Part shown: positions 1 through 10,412 of the stretch, in pieces
How the letters are laid out: the number at the start of each line of letters is the position of its first letter
Position numbering within the stretch: the stretch's first letter is position 1
NCBI RefSeq assembly: GCF_044324875.1
Contig: NZ_CP172185.1
Source: Escherichia coli
GTDB lineage: Bacteria > Pseudomonadota > Gammaproteobacteria > Enterobacterales > Enterobacteriaceae
Reading direction: 5' to 3' (one strand)
Length of the DNA: 64,000 nucleotides
Made by a program: the position numbers and the translations under genes
The notes under the pieces: generated by a model
The model's database searches: none
Told to the model about the DNA's origin: nothing
Seen by the model: the letters and a program-made list of their open reading frames with translations, nothing else

Positions 1-199
1 CAAGAAAGTTCACCGCATCACACAGTGAAATACCCGCCTCAATATGCTGCTCAATCACACGTTCATCGGCGAACGGTGTGTCATTCAGCGTGAGGCCGTA
101 GTGCTGGTCCAGCAGCCGGGTGAGCAGTGTCTGCCAGATTTCAACCGGAGACGGGCAGCGCGATGTTGCCCGTACGTGTGTGTCGGGGAATGTTTTCAT
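1..199 (-). CDS. cbtA: CbtA/YeeV-family toxin, partial (3' end lies beyond window start)
   Basis: Minus-strand translation from ATG at 199-197 gives [66 protein letters not shown], recognisable as CbtA/YeeV/YkfI family; lies directly downstream of the antitoxin gene. Confidence 0.75.
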   Translation of the reverse strand, partial: MKTFPDTHVRATSRCPSPVEIWQTLLTRLLDQHYGLTLNDTPFADERVIEQHIEAGISLCDAVNFL

Positions 200-257
200 C
201 TTAAGTACTCTGTAACAGGTGATGATAAAGAAGTGCTGTCCGGGGTTATGCGGTGGT

Positions 258-623
258 TCAGGGTGTTGCCGGTGTCGGATAAATGGCGATATACACGTAA
301 CCACAACTGCCGAGGGTGTCGGCATCGCAGGTCAGCCCTTTCGCATACAGTGTCACGGTATGCTGATGGCGGGGACTGAGTTCACCGCTGGTGAGCATGA
401 GTTCCAGCTGTTTCATCAGCAGCGGAAAGGCCTGGTCCAGGTGGTACGCATCTGCGTCGCTGAACCGGCCTCTGATACCGGCGCGGTCTGCAAGGTAATG
501 CAGGCGGTTACCCTCCTGCACCAGACGGGCACCGAAACAGGGCGTCACGGTGCAGGGCAGCCCCCACCAGGGGCGGTCGCTGTTGTCGTCAGGATGCGTT
601 GTCCCGGTGAGTGTGTCTGACAT
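258..623 (-). CDS. cbeA: CbeA/YeeU-family antitoxin
   Basis: 121-aa [55 protein letters not shown]..., recalled similarity to YeeU/CbeA; upstream partner of the toxin ORF. Confidence 0.85.
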   Translation of the reverse strand: MSDTLTGTTHPDDNSDRPWWGLPCTVTPCFGARLVQEGNRLHYLADRAGIRGRFSDADAYHLDQAFPLLMKQLELMLTSGELSPRHQHTVTLYAKGLTCDADTLGSCGYVYIAIYPTPATP

Positions 624-673
624 GATAAAGTCCTCACTGATAATCGGTTAAGAATGGTTTTAACAATGACGGG

Positions 674-1330
674 TCAGCCGGCGCGCAGACCGGCTTCGGT
701 GAAGGTGTATCCGTTGATGAGAAGGGCCTCATCCACGGCGTCGTCTGAGGTCAGCCAGTCGTACTCGTTTTCCAGTTGACTGTATAACCAGAAGGCAAGG
801 TCCCGCAGGGCGTCACAGACAACGGTTTCCGCGCTGGCTGTCATTGCCTGTCCGGTCGGACTGTCCCGGGTGACGGTGATATCCATGCTGTACGGATGGC
901 AGTAGTGTCCCCGGTGGCGGATTTCAGCCTGAAGCTGCCGGAAGTTACGCTTCTGCACCGCCTGCAGGGCATCCGCGATACGATGAAGCTCACGGTCCTG
1001 CGGGGCATATTCCCTGATTTTCCGGGGTGCCGCTGGCTGCCAGCGCCAGCGTCCTTCAAAACAGGCTCCGTCCCCCTGGCTGCAGAATCCGCTGAACCAG
1101 ATGCACGGCTCTTCCATAAACCTGCCGTTGCTGAGCCGGATAACACGCTGGCGGAGGGCAATCCCGACAATCTCACAGACCGTCCTGAAGTCCTCATACA
1201 CGTTTTCATACCAGTTGCTGTCAGCATGATGCTGACGGTACCATTCACGGGCCTTCTCCCGTGCTGTGGCGGAAAGTTCATCCGGCGTATACACGGTGGT
1301 GATGATAATTCTGCTCATCCGCATCTCCAC
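674..1330 (-). CDS. hypothetical protein within the TA/antirestriction operon (family not recognised)
   Basis: 218-aa ORF tightly packed between the YeeT-like and CbeA genes (5-bp and 50-bp gaps), same strand; start may be M1 (1330) or MSRIII (1318). Confidence 0.45.
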   Translation of the reverse strand: MEMRMSRIIITTVYTPDELSATAREKAREWYRQHHADSNWYENVYEDFRTVCEIVGIALRQRVIRLSNGRFMEEPCIWFSGFCSQGDGACFEGRWRWQPAAPRKIREYAPQDRELHRIADALQAVQKRNFRQLQAEIRHRGHYCHPYSMDITVTRDSPTGQAMTASAETVVCDALRDLAFWLYSQLENEYDWLTSDDAVDEALLINGYTFTEAGLRAG

Positions 1331-1334
1331 TGAC

Positions 1335-1556
1335 TCAGTTCAGGGTGACGCTCATCAGCCGGACATACGGGCCAAAACTGTCCTTCCGGCGTTCGGCAAA
1401 CACGGCAAGCACACCGGGGATATCCTGCACTTCACGACCGGTATACGCTTCAGCACTGCCGTGCCAGCGGTATTTACCGGTACAGAACGGAAAAAGACGG
1501 GATGACGGATACTGACGGTGAACGCGCATGGCTTCACCACGGGTGATGATTTTCAT
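1335..1556 (-). CDS. YeeT/YkfH-like DUF987 protein
   Basis: 73-aa ORF MKIITRGEAMRVHRQYPSSRLFPFCTGKYRWHGSAEAYTGREVQDIPGVLAVF..., conserved position between the RadC-like and antitoxin genes. Confidence 0.7.
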   Translation of the reverse strand: MKIITRGEAMRVHRQYPSSRLFPFCTGKYRWHGSAEAYTGREVQDIPGVLAVFAERRKDSFGPYVRLMSVTLN

Positions 1557-1645
1557 GAGAACAGTCCTCCTGAATGTGAAAGTGAGAAACAGCTGAGAAA
1601 GAGAAACTGAAGTGACAATATGAAGGTGGCTGTGACGGTGACGGA

Positions 1646-2122
1646 TTAAAGCAGACCGTGTTCCGCAAAGGAGAACACCCGGCTGCCACCGACTATCAAA
1701 TGGTCCGGTACCCGGATATCCACCAGGGCCAGTGCCTGTACCAGACGTTCAGTGATAAGGCGGTCTGCCTTACCGGGTGTGACCTCACCGGACGGATGAT
1801 TGTGCGCCAGCACCACGGCAGCGGCATTGTGGTACAGGGCGCGTTTAACCACCTCCCGGGGATGCACTTCCGTGCGGTTGATGGTGCCGGTGAAGAGGGT
1901 TTCACCGGCAATCAGCTGATTCTGGTTGTTCAGGTACAGCACCCGGAACTCTTCCCGCTCCAGTCCCGCCATGTGCAGAATCAGCCATTCCCGTGCCGCA
2001 TGCGTGGAGGTGAAGGCCACGCCGGGTTCATGAAGATGGCGGTCCAGGGTTTTCAGGGCCCGCTGAATGAGGCTGCGCTCGCCGGGCGTCATCGCGCCGG
2101 GCAGAAAGGAAATCTGTTGCAT
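1646..2122 (-). CDS. RadC-like JAB-domain protein (YeeS/YfjY/YkfG family)
   Basis: Translation from internal Met MQQISFLPGAMTPGERSLIQRALK... contains HNHPSG and the D-rich JAMM-like region (VLAHNHPSGEVTPGKADRLITERL); start 2122 chosen by agreement with family N-terminus. Confidence 0.8.
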   Translation of the reverse strand: MQQISFLPGAMTPGERSLIQRALKTLDRHLHEPGVAFTSTHAAREWLILHMAGLEREEFRVLYLNNQNQLIAGETLFTGTINRTEVHPREVVKRALYHNAAAVVLAHNHPSGEVTPGKADRLITERLVQALALVDIRVPDHLIVGGSRVFSFAEHGLL

Positions 2123-2133
2123 AACCTCACTCC

Positions 2134-2607
2134 TCAGTCGATGATGCGCATAATGGCGCTGCATTCCGGATGCTGCAGGGCGTAATCCCGCAGCCGGTAA
2201 TAATGGACCGTCATGGCATAATGCTCCGTACGGCAGGCGTGATGACTGTAGGCCATCAGGCAGGCGGCAATGCCGGCGGCTTCAGGGCTCATTTCCGCGC
2301 GGTTGCCGTTCATGGTGTTAAACAGTGCCCATGTTTCGTCATCATCGTCACCCGGTTCGGGAGCCATAAATGCGCCGCCGTTGTTCAGGGTGTACATATT
2401 CCAGATACCCCCACTGTAGTCTTCACACAGACGGTCCATCCAGCCGAAGATTCGGGGCTCAAGGGTCACCCACTGCGGAATGAGGCCAAAGTGCTGCGGC
2501 CAGAAGCTGATGCGCTGTTCGTCAGGCACTGGGCTGGCAACCAGCTGAGGTGGATTATTCCCGGATGCAGTGGTTGCGGAAACAGAGTCATGCGAAACCG
2601 TTTTCAT
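2134..2607 (-). CDS. antirestriction protein (YfjX/YeeR-region antirestriction family)
   Basis: ORF with MKTVSHDSVSATTASGNNPPQLVASPVPDEQRISFWPQHFG... and acidic GDDDDETW stretch; the track ORF starts further upstream inside the IS21 end, so start trimmed to ATG at 2607. Confidence 0.75.
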   Translation of the reverse strand: MKTVSHDSVSATTASGNNPPQLVASPVPDEQRISFWPQHFGLIPQWVTLEPRIFGWMDRLCEDYSGGIWNMYTLNNGGAFMAPEPGDDDDETWALFNTMNGNRAEMSPEAAGIAACLMAYSHHACRTEHYAMTVHYYRLRDYALQHPECSAIMRIID

Positions 2608-2825
2608 AAGTGAAATCCTTAAGTGCAAAATGGCATCTGAATCGATCGCAGTTTGGCATTCGAATCGATCATGATTTGGCATCCATCTCCGATCACAGTT
2701 TGGCATCACAATCGATCACGATTTGGCATGCTTCCGATCATTGATTGGCATCCTGCCAGTCACTCCGGGAATTAACTCTTTTCACCACAGTCTCCATTGC
2801 CGTGTTTAAACCAGTGGAGACGTCA

Positions 2826-4391
2826 ATGTCCAGAAAGAGAAAATCCAGGAGCACTATGGAAACCTGTTTTAAGATCCTTCAGCTCAAGTTCGACAAGAAG
2901 CTGACTAACCGTTGTATCGGACTGACGTTACACATCAGCGCCTCAACCGTTTTTGAGGTTCTTGCCCGCTTCAAAGCCTCTTCTCTGTCATGGCCATTAC
3001 CTGCTGATATATCCCATGACACGCTGGAGAAACTCATTTTTCCGCCCAAAGACACCTTTGCATCAGAGCTTGTAATGCCTGACATGTTGTACTTCGATAC
3101 GGAAATGAGAAAACCAGGTGTGACGCGGCAACTGTTGTGGATGGAATACAAGGCACAGGCGGGTAACAAAGCGATGGGATACTCGCACTTCTGCCGTTGC
3201 TACCGGGAGTGGAAAAAAACGCGACGTCTCTCCATGCGCCAGGAGCATCGTGCCGGCGAAAAGCTTTTTATCGACTTCTGTGGTCCTACGGTTCCTGTTA
3301 TTAATCCGGACACCGGTGAGATACGCCGCGTGGCAATCTTCGTGGCCGTAATGGGGGCGTCCAACTATACCTACGTTGAAGCGTGCGAAGGTCAGGACAT
3401 GATGTCATGGTTAAATGCCCACAGCCGTTGCCTGACCTTCCTGGGCGGCGTACCGAAGCTGCTCATCCCCGATAACCTCAGAAGCGCAGTGAAAAAGGCC
3501 GATCGATATGAGCCTGTCATCAACGACAGTTATCAGGCACTGGCTGAGCACTATGGCACGGTTATCATCCCGGCCCGACCACGCAAACCTAAAGATAAAC
3601 CAAAAGCAGAAAACGGCGTCCTCATCGTTGAACGATGGCTTCTTGCCCGCATCCGTAATGAAACCTTCCACACGCTCAGGGCGCTGAATGCGCGCCTTAG
3701 GGAGTTACTGACAGACATGAATAACCGGCCAATGAAGGGGTACGGCAATCAAACCCGTGCAGAACGCTTCCGCATACTGGATGCGCCAGCACTCTCTCCG
3801 CTGCCTCTGGCACCTTATGAATACACGGAATACAAAGCTGTGAAGGTTGGCCCTGACTACCACGTTGAATATGCCCGTCACTGGTACTCCGTTCCACACG
3901 AACTGGTCGGTCAGCGTCTGTCACTGAAGGCGGGGCAGTCGGTGGTACAGCTCTGGCACAAGGGGCAGTGTGTGGCGCAACATCCGCGCAGCACACATGA
4001 ATATAAACACACAACCAATCCGCTTCACATGCCAGAGCGCCACCGGCAGCACGGGACATGGACACCGGAACGCCTGATCGAGCAGGGAAAACGTACGGGC
4101 CCGTCCACAGGCCGGGTGGTTGAATCCATGCTGAAGGCAAAACCCCATCCGGAACTGGCTTATCGTGCAGTTCTGGGGCTGCTGGCACTTCAGAAAAAAT
4201 ACGGCCCGGAACGGCTGGAAAAGGCCTGTTACGTTGCCCTGCACTATAACGCCCCTGACAGACGCTTTATCGACAATCTGCTGCGTCACCATCGGGAGAA
4301 CCTGGAGCTTCCATTATCCCGCCAGGGCGAACAACATCCGGCATATGCTTCAGAGCATGAAAACCTGCGTGGTCCGGGCTACTACCACTGA
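2826..4391 (+). CDS. istA: IS21-family transposase IstA
   Basis: ATG at 2826 preceded by GGAG; translation has the IS21 IstA integrase-type core; N-terminal 27 residues of the track ORF read through the IS end and were trimmed. Confidence 0.85.
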   Translation: MSRKRKSRSTMETCFKILQLKFDKKLTNRCIGLTLHISASTVFEVLARFKASSLSWPLPADISHDTLEKLIFPPKDTFASELVMPDMLYFDTEMRKPGVTRQLLWMEYKAQAGNKAMGYSHFCRCYREWKKTRRLSMRQEHRAGEKLFIDFCGPTVPVINPDTGEIRRVAIFVAVMGASNYTYVEACEGQDMMSWLNAHSRCLTFLGGVPKLLIPDNLRSAVKKADRYEPVINDSYQALAEHYGTVIIPARPRKPKDKPKAENGVLIVERWLLARIRNETFHTLRALNARLRELLTDMNNRPMKGYGNQTRAERFRILDAPALSPLPLAPYEYTEYKAVKVGPDYHVEYARHWYSVPHELVGQRLSLKAGQSVVQLWHKGQCVAQHPRSTHEYKHTTNPLHMPERHRQHGTWTPERLIEQGKRTGPSTGRVVESMLKAKPHPELAYRAVLGLLALQKKYGPERLEKACYVALHYNAPDRRFIDNLLRHHRENLELPLSRQGEQHPAYASEHENLRGPGYYH

Positions 4392-4407
4392 CAGAAGGAA
4401 CAACAGT

Positions 4408-5163
4408 ATGAGTGATAACCTGTTAAACAAACTGACCCAACTGAAACTCCCGGCGATGGCCGGGAGCCTGATACGGCAGCGGGAAACGCCTCAGACCTAC
4501 GACGAACTGTCGTTCGAGGAAAGGCTGACGCTGCTGGTTGATGACGAGCTTCTGAGCAGGGAAAACAGCCGTGTGGCACGGTTGAGAAAAAATGCCGGCC
4601 TGAAATACCAGGCAACACCGGAAGGGCTGCGCTATCCGGCCTCAAGAGGTCTGCGGGCTGAACAGATGAGAGAACTGCTGAACGGCCACTACATAACCCA
4701 CAGGAAAAACCTGCTGATAACCGGTCCGACAGGATGTGGCAAGAGCTGGATAGCCAATGCGCTGGGCGAACAGGCATGTCGACAGAAACACAGCGTCCGG
4801 TACTGTAGAACCGGGCGATTACTGGAACAACTGGCTCAGGGACGTGTTGATGGCAGCTGGCTGAAATATCTGAAACAGTTGCAAAAAATACAGGTTCTAA
4901 TCCTGGACGATCTGGGGCTGGAACAGTTAAGTAACGCCCAGTGTAATGACCTTCTGGAGCTCATAGAGGATCGTTACGGACAAAGCAGCACGATAGTGGT
5001 AAGCCAGTTCCCGGTAGATAAATGGCATGGTCTGATGGAGAACCCAACAACAGCAGATGCCATCCTGGACAGACTGGTACATAACTCACACCGAGTGGTC
5101 CTTCAGGGAGAGTCACTGAGGAAAAATCCCCCGGTAGTGGAAAGCAGCGAAAAAACGCGTTAA
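4408..5163 (+). CDS. istB: IS21-family helper ATPase IstB
   Basis: MSDNLLNKLTQLKLPAMAG... with Walker A GPTGCGKS and Walker B ILDDLG; 16 bp after istA stop. Confidence 0.9.
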   Translation: MSDNLLNKLTQLKLPAMAGSLIRQRETPQTYDELSFEERLTLLVDDELLSRENSRVARLRKNAGLKYQATPEGLRYPASRGLRAEQMRELLNGHYITHRKNLLITGPTGCGKSWIANALGEQACRQKHSVRYCRTGRLLEQLAQGRVDGSWLKYLKQLQKIQVLILDDLGLEQLSNAQCNDLLELIEDRYGQSSTIVVSQFPVDKWHGLMENPTTADAILDRLVHNSHRVVLQGESLRKNPPVVESSEKTR

Positions 5164-5262
5164 AAAGCGGTAGAAAAAGTTAAGTTCCCGGTTGATCGAA
5201 TGGATGCGAATCGCTGATCGGACTTCGATGCCAATCCGTGATCGAATAGAGCGGAATACGCA

Positions 5263-5320
5263 CTTAAGTGAATAAGTGAACAAGTGAATTAAGGAAATAA
5301 GTGAATGAATAAGTGAATAA
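5263..5320. repeat. array of AAGTGAA(T/C) 8-bp repeats; target of the IS21 insertion
   Basis: Copies at 5266, 5274, 5282, 5299, 5311 plus one at 2608 on the other side of the IS; lies upstream of the antirestriction-RadC-TA operon. Confidence 0.5.
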
Positions 5321-5356
5321 GAGAGAAAAGACAGGGCACTGACAGCGTCGCGTTAA

Positions 5357-6175
5357 TCAGCGCAGGCTCTCCAGCAGCGTTTCCGTCATCACCCACAATG
5401 CGCGGTTGAGCTTAATGTCGGTGTCAATGCTGTGAATGGCCCGGGTGTGGATACGTTTTCCTTTTGCACTGCGCCCCTGAAGACCACCCTTGAGCATATT
5501 CTCCTGGATGGTCTGATAAGCACTCCACAGGTCCTTACCGTAATCCTCCCGGCGTCGTGGCGTCAGAATGTCAGCGGTGGTGACGGGCTGATGTTCGTCA
5601 CCATAACGGTAAGTCAGGGCGGCCTGTGCCAGCGCTTGGCGAGCCGGTGGTGGTAAAATCAGCGACTGCATGGCATCACGCTTCTCCTCAATCCGGTCAA
5701 AAACCCCCACCACTTCGTAAGCCCCTTCGATGACCCTGTCCACCACGTTTCCCCGGTGTGGCACACGCACCTCTCCGAGAGACTGACCGCAGACGCACCC
5801 GTTCTGACACACGAACCGGAAGTAACCCGGCAGCATCTGGTAGCTGGAGGTACCGTCATGGGAGTTGAGCAGAATGATTTCCGGGACATGCTGCCCGTTT
5901 ATCTCCCCGTCACGGCGCAGACGCAGCATGTGCTTTGTGTATCCCCGACGTCCCGGGTCCCGCACGCGGGTCTGGCAGGCAAAGAAGGGCTGAAAGCCTT
6001 CCCGCTGCAGGCTTTCCAGCACGGTAATGGTGGGGATGTATGTATAGTTCCGGCTCCGGGAGGTGTGCTTATCTTCCCCGAAAATCCCGGGCACATGGTG
6101 CATCAGTTCTTCATGTGTCAGCGGACGGTCACGGCGTATCTGGTTCGCATAACCAAAACGACTGGCTAATCGCAT
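5357..6175 (-). CDS. DUF932-family protein (YfjQ/YafZ-like)
   Basis: 272-aa ORF MRLASRFGYANQIRRDRPLTHEELMHHVPGIFGEDKHTSRSRNYTYIPT..., family typical of CP4-like islands. Confidence 0.8.
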   Translation of the reverse strand: MRLASRFGYANQIRRDRPLTHEELMHHVPGIFGEDKHTSRSRNYTYIPTITVLESLQREGFQPFFACQTRVRDPGRRGYTKHMLRLRRDGEINGQHVPEIILLNSHDGTSSYQMLPGYFRFVCQNGCVCGQSLGEVRVPHRGNVVDRVIEGAYEVVGVFDRIEEKRDAMQSLILPPPARQALAQAALTYRYGDEHQPVTTADILTPRRREDYGKDLWSAYQTIQENMLKGGLQGRSAKGKRIHTRAIHSIDTDIKLNRALWVMTETLLESLR

Positions 6176-6218
6176 ACTTTGCTCCTTATCAGTGGTTAAG
6201 ACTGACTGACGTAATCAA

Positions 6219-6244
6219 TGAAAAAGCCGCGTCTCCCGGAGAAG
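6219..6244 (-). terminator. candidate Rho-independent terminator hairpin
   Basis: GCCGCGTC..GACGCGGC 8-bp stem; on the minus strand it is followed by a T-run (TTTTTCATTG). Confidence 0.4.
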
Positions 6245-7253
6245 ACGCGGCCTGATGGATGAAATGAATGAGGGTTTACCGAAGTCCTTCAGCATTGAGG
6301 TGAAGCCGCCGGAAATGTGTTCCCGGGTCATCTTCGATAAATACATTGCGGTAAGCTGTTATGGCAGAAACCGCCTGCACGTGTGAGAAAGGTCTTCGCT
6401 TAAGACGTACTCTGTGTGATCCGGTATTTCTGGTTTCTCCTGATTAATAGCCTCTGCCACAAAGTGTGGAAGAGGCTGAATCATGGTATTTACTTCTTTC
6501 ATCATGGTGGTATTCCGGTGTATTAACCGGGATCTGATTCCGGAAAATAAGGAATAAACGTAAAGGAGCAGAATGCTCGTTATGCCAGACACGCAGGGGG
6601 TAATGCCTCTTCCGGGTGGTTAACCATATTGCCGGGATGTGATGCTTCATATTCCATAACAGAGCGTTGCCTGATGATACTGACTACCAGTGGTTTGATT
6701 CACATATTGGTCGCTGCCCGTTGCTGTACGCCGGCGGCGAAAATGATCTCCAGAGCATTCTGATCGATAACACGGGCCAGATTCGCGTTCAGATTTTCAG
6801 TTTCATTTTCGGTCAGCAGGAAACTGACGGCAAGCCACGTCACCTGCTCCTGAATCATGGCAGGAATTTTGATGCGCTCCTCTTCAGCCAGAGTACCGGC
6901 AATTTTTCCTGATACCACTGCAATCATTCCTCCCGGAACGCCGCCCGCCAGCGAATATGAAATAACCGGGGTATGCGTTCAGTGATACAGCCAGCCAGTA
7001 AAGCCGGACCGGACAGACACAGCAATATGAGTCCTGCCAGCACAGACGCTGTGCTGGTTAATGCTCTGAACAAAAAGCGAAGAATGGCAAATCCTGCGAT
7101 AAGCAGGATCAGCACGCCGACTATCTGTAACATAGTCCCCCTGATAAATATCATGTTATTGTTAATGCCAGCGAATGTGGCGTTGAATATCCGTTGCGCC
7201 GGTCCGGGTCCCGATCATGATGACCGGGACCACAAAGAGGCAATGCAGAATTG

Positions 7254-10200
7254 TCAGAAAGTCACATTCAGCGTGGCCTGACCGTTATAACCTTCAGCGC
7301 TGCTGCCGCTGACGCTGCGGGCATAACCGGCCTGAACACCCAGGGTGATATTTTCCCGGACACGGGCTTCCAGTCCGGCCTGCAGGTCCAGTGATGTGCC
7401 ATTCTGTGACGGTGAGAACATCATGTTACTGCCGGCTGCGGCTGTACCCATGCTCATGTCTCCCCGGGAGCTGAAGGTGCGGATAACAGAAGGCTGTACC
7501 CACCCGTTCACCGGCAGTTCACTCACACTGTGTCTGGCACTGCCGCGCAGGGTGTCACGGGATGAGCTGCCTTCACCAAAGCTCATATCGTTGTGGCTGC
7601 CCAGACGGAAACCGGCACGCACATGTTGTGCACTGCCATGCCCGAACTTCACATAACCGGCGTTATCCTGGCCGTCATCCAGGGAGAGTCCCTGCCAGGT
7701 GTACTGCAGTTGTGGCTCCAGCATCAGATGGTCAGTGATACTGAAGGGCAGACCGGTTTCCAGTGAGCCCAGCCAGCCCCGGCCCCGGGCGCGGAAGTCG
7801 TTACTGTCCGATGACGCTTTCATGCTGTGGCGGGTTTCCTGTGCCACAAGGTCAGCCCACAGGCCGGAGGACGTGTGTACCAGATTCAGGTATCCGCCCA
7901 GGCTGCCGGCATCATCCCGGACCGTGCCGGCGCGGGAGCCGTTATCATCCCTGACATCAACGGCAGAATGACCCGCAGCACCATATACCCCTGCGGTCAC
8001 AGACATACCGGCAACCTCTGTTCTCAGCAGGTCCCCCTCCAGACGGACGAAGCCATAGCTGCCGCTGCTTTCCGGCGTGGCCCCACGGACAATACCGCCG
8101 TTGTTACCGTGACCGAGATGACCGCCCTGAATGCTGAGGCGGACGCTGTTATTTTCACCGTTCACATCGCTCTGATGGCTGCGGGAGCCTGCCAGAATCC
8201 GGTCGTAGTCCATCCCCTGCGTCAGCATGGAGGCGTACAGGGGGACTTCCGCGCGATAACGCGTTTCACTGCGCAGATACCAGCTCTGGTCACCGTCACG
8301 GGTCAGGCTGTAGTCATACACCCCGGCCTGCAGCGGGTTGCCCTGAACAAAAGCGCCTTCCTCCGTGGTGGCACCATTAATGGCCTCCACCACCTGAATG
8401 CCCTTACCGGTGGTCGCCAGCCCCGACGCACTGTTGCCGGCGTTCACCAGGTTCAGGGTGGTTTTCCCGGTGGCACTGCCACCGTCAATCACCAGCCTGT
8501 CGGCATTGTGCTGTGCCAGGTCAGGGCGGACACGCAGGGTGATGCTGCCGTTCTGTCCCCGGAGATTTTTCACCGTCAGGGTGGCCGGCGTGAAGGCTCC
8601 GCTGCGGGTGCTGACGAAGTTAATCTTCCCGGCATGACGGAGTTCATCCACCACCGATTTCACCGTGGCGTTGTCCGGAATGTTCCAGGTGGCACCGGAG
8701 GTGAGGGTGACATCCGTGGGGTCAATGGCACCGGTCAGCACGGTGCTGCCGGTCAGGCTCAGGGTGGTACCGCGCCGGGCAATGATATCCGTGGTGACGG
8801 TACTGTCGGCCAGCGTCAGTGCGCCTTCGTTAAGGCTGACGGCGTTCCGGGTGAGAGTGGTGTTGCTGACAGTGAGTGTGCCGCTTCCTGATTTTTCCAC
8901 CCTGCCGTTACCGGTGAGTACGCCCCCCTGCAGAAGCGCATCGCCTTCACGGGTGACCAGGGTGCCGTCATTCACCGTCTTCCCGGAGAGGGTCAGCGTG
9001 GCACCGTTATTCAGCGTGGTGGTGCCGGTCAGGGTTCCGCCCTGCGCGGTGAGCTGCCCGCCGTTCACGGTGGTGTCACGGGCGCTGTCGCCGGCCTTCA
9101 GGGTAAAGGCGCTTCCCTTGCCCAGCGCGAGTCCTGAGGCGTGTCCGCTGCCGATACTGAAGGCACCTCCACCGTCATACTGACCGCTGACAGTGGCACC
9201 GGAATCGGCCAGCAGCATACCGCCTCTGCCCATGGATACCGTGGTGGCTGTACCACCGGTCAGGACTGCCAGCGTGCCCCCGTCATCCACCCGGGTGTCA
9301 GTGGCCGTGTGACCGTTCAGTACATCAAGACGACCGCCTGACTCCAGCAGCACGCCGTCAGCCTTTCCGTCTGCCACGGAAAAGTGGCCCGCACGGTTTG
9401 TGCCGGAGACGGTGGCTGCCGTACCGGTAACCAGCGCACCGCCCGTATTCTGGGTGACGGCGGTGGCCTTACCACCGGCATTCACCTGCAGCTTTCCTTT
9501 CTAATTGATGGTGGTATTCTCAGCCACCGCTCCCGTCTTCACCACCTGCCAGCCACCGTCGTTAATCACCGTGTTCTGTGCCACACCGCCCTGATGAACA
9601 TACTGGTTGCCGCCGTTAAGGGTGGTGGACAGAGCGTGACCATGTACCGACTGGTCGCCACCGGCCTGTATGGTGGTTTCTCCTGCCATACCTTCGCCCG
9701 CAATGACCTGCCGCCCGTTTCTGTTCACGGTGGTGGAGAGTGCCATCCCTGCCACGAGCTGACCGGTGGCATCGTTATCAGAGTCCGGCCCGCCTTCAGC
9801 GCCGGTATTCACAACGGTGTCGGTTGCCACTGCGCCGGGTTTAACGGTCTGATAACCGTCGCGGTTAATGACAGTACCGACAGCCCTGCCTCCCTGATGT
9901 ACCCACTGCTCACCACCGTTCAGGGTGGTGTTCACCGACTGCCCCCGGAGGCTCTGCCCCCCGCCGGCATGGATAACGGTGTCAGTGGCTGTACCGCCCG
10001 TCATCACAACCTGACGACCATTTGCGGTGACCGTGGTGTTGCTGGCTGTCCCGCCATTATCTATCCACTGCCCACCGTTGTTTTCCTCACTGTCCGGCCC
10101 CAGCTCCAGCCCGGTACTAATGGTCATGCCACTGGCCGTACCGAAGACAATCTGGTTGTCGTGATTTGTCAGCGTACCGCCATTCACTGTATCTCCTGCC

Positions 10201-10373
10201 TGTACAGCGCTGTCAGCAGCCGGCGCGGGCGCTGACATGACTGCAGCAAGGGACAGTGCGGCAGCCACGCCCGCACGCTTCCCCCGCGTGCGGGCCAGTT
10301 CAGAGGCCACCGCGAAGGTGCCCGTGACGTGATTCCATACCAGCCGGTAACTGGTGTTCAGATGTCGCTTCAT
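7254..10373 (-). pseudogene. flu: antigen 43 (Ag43) self-associating autotransporter, inactivated by in-frame amber codon
   Basis: N-terminal ORF MKRHLNTSYRLVWNHVTGTFAVASELARTRGKRAG... (9501-10373) and C-terminal beta-domain ORF ending ...SAEGYNGQATLNVTF (7254-9485) are in the same frame, separated by TAG at 9503-9501 where Ag43 has Gln (NTT-x-N-Q-KG context). Confidence 0.9.
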
Positions 10374-10412
10374 TAGTAAGCGTACAGCGAGAGCCGTATT
10401 GACGGGGATGTG

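Larger units (their letters stand above)
2624..5262 (+). mobile_element. IS21-family insertion sequence (istA-istB), apparently intact
   Basis: Left end carries five TTTGGCAT-type subterminal repeats (2640-2750); right end carries the inverted ATGCCAA/ATGCGAA repeats; termini begin TGC and end GCA; flanked by direct repeat CTTAAG (2618-2623 and 5263-5268). Confidence 0.8.

Noticed and set aside
2640-2760. Regularly spaced short repeats (TTTGGCAT with GATCG spacers) that could look like a small CRISPR-like array
   Set aside because: Units are about 8 bp with irregular spacing, sit at the terminus of an IS21-family element and are mirrored at the other IS end; these are transposase-binding subterminal repeats.
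2745-2825. N-terminal 27 codons of the 548-aa track ORF for IstA
   Set aside because: This stretch reads through the IS terminal repeats and has no RBS; the ATG at 2826 preceded by GGAG is the more plausible start.
6359-7154. Small ORFs (75-81 aa) between the DUF932 gene and flu, one hydrophobic (6924-7154)
   Set aside because: No recognisable family, overlapping frames and no clear RBS; possibly remnants of a decayed island gene, not confidently callable.
7345-10235. Long plus-strand ORFs (for example 7827-8891, 354 aa; 9384-10235, 283 aa) inside the flu region
   Set aside because: They are antisense shadow ORFs within the GC-rich, repetitive Ag43 coding sequence; the minus-strand frame carries the recognisable autotransporter sequence.
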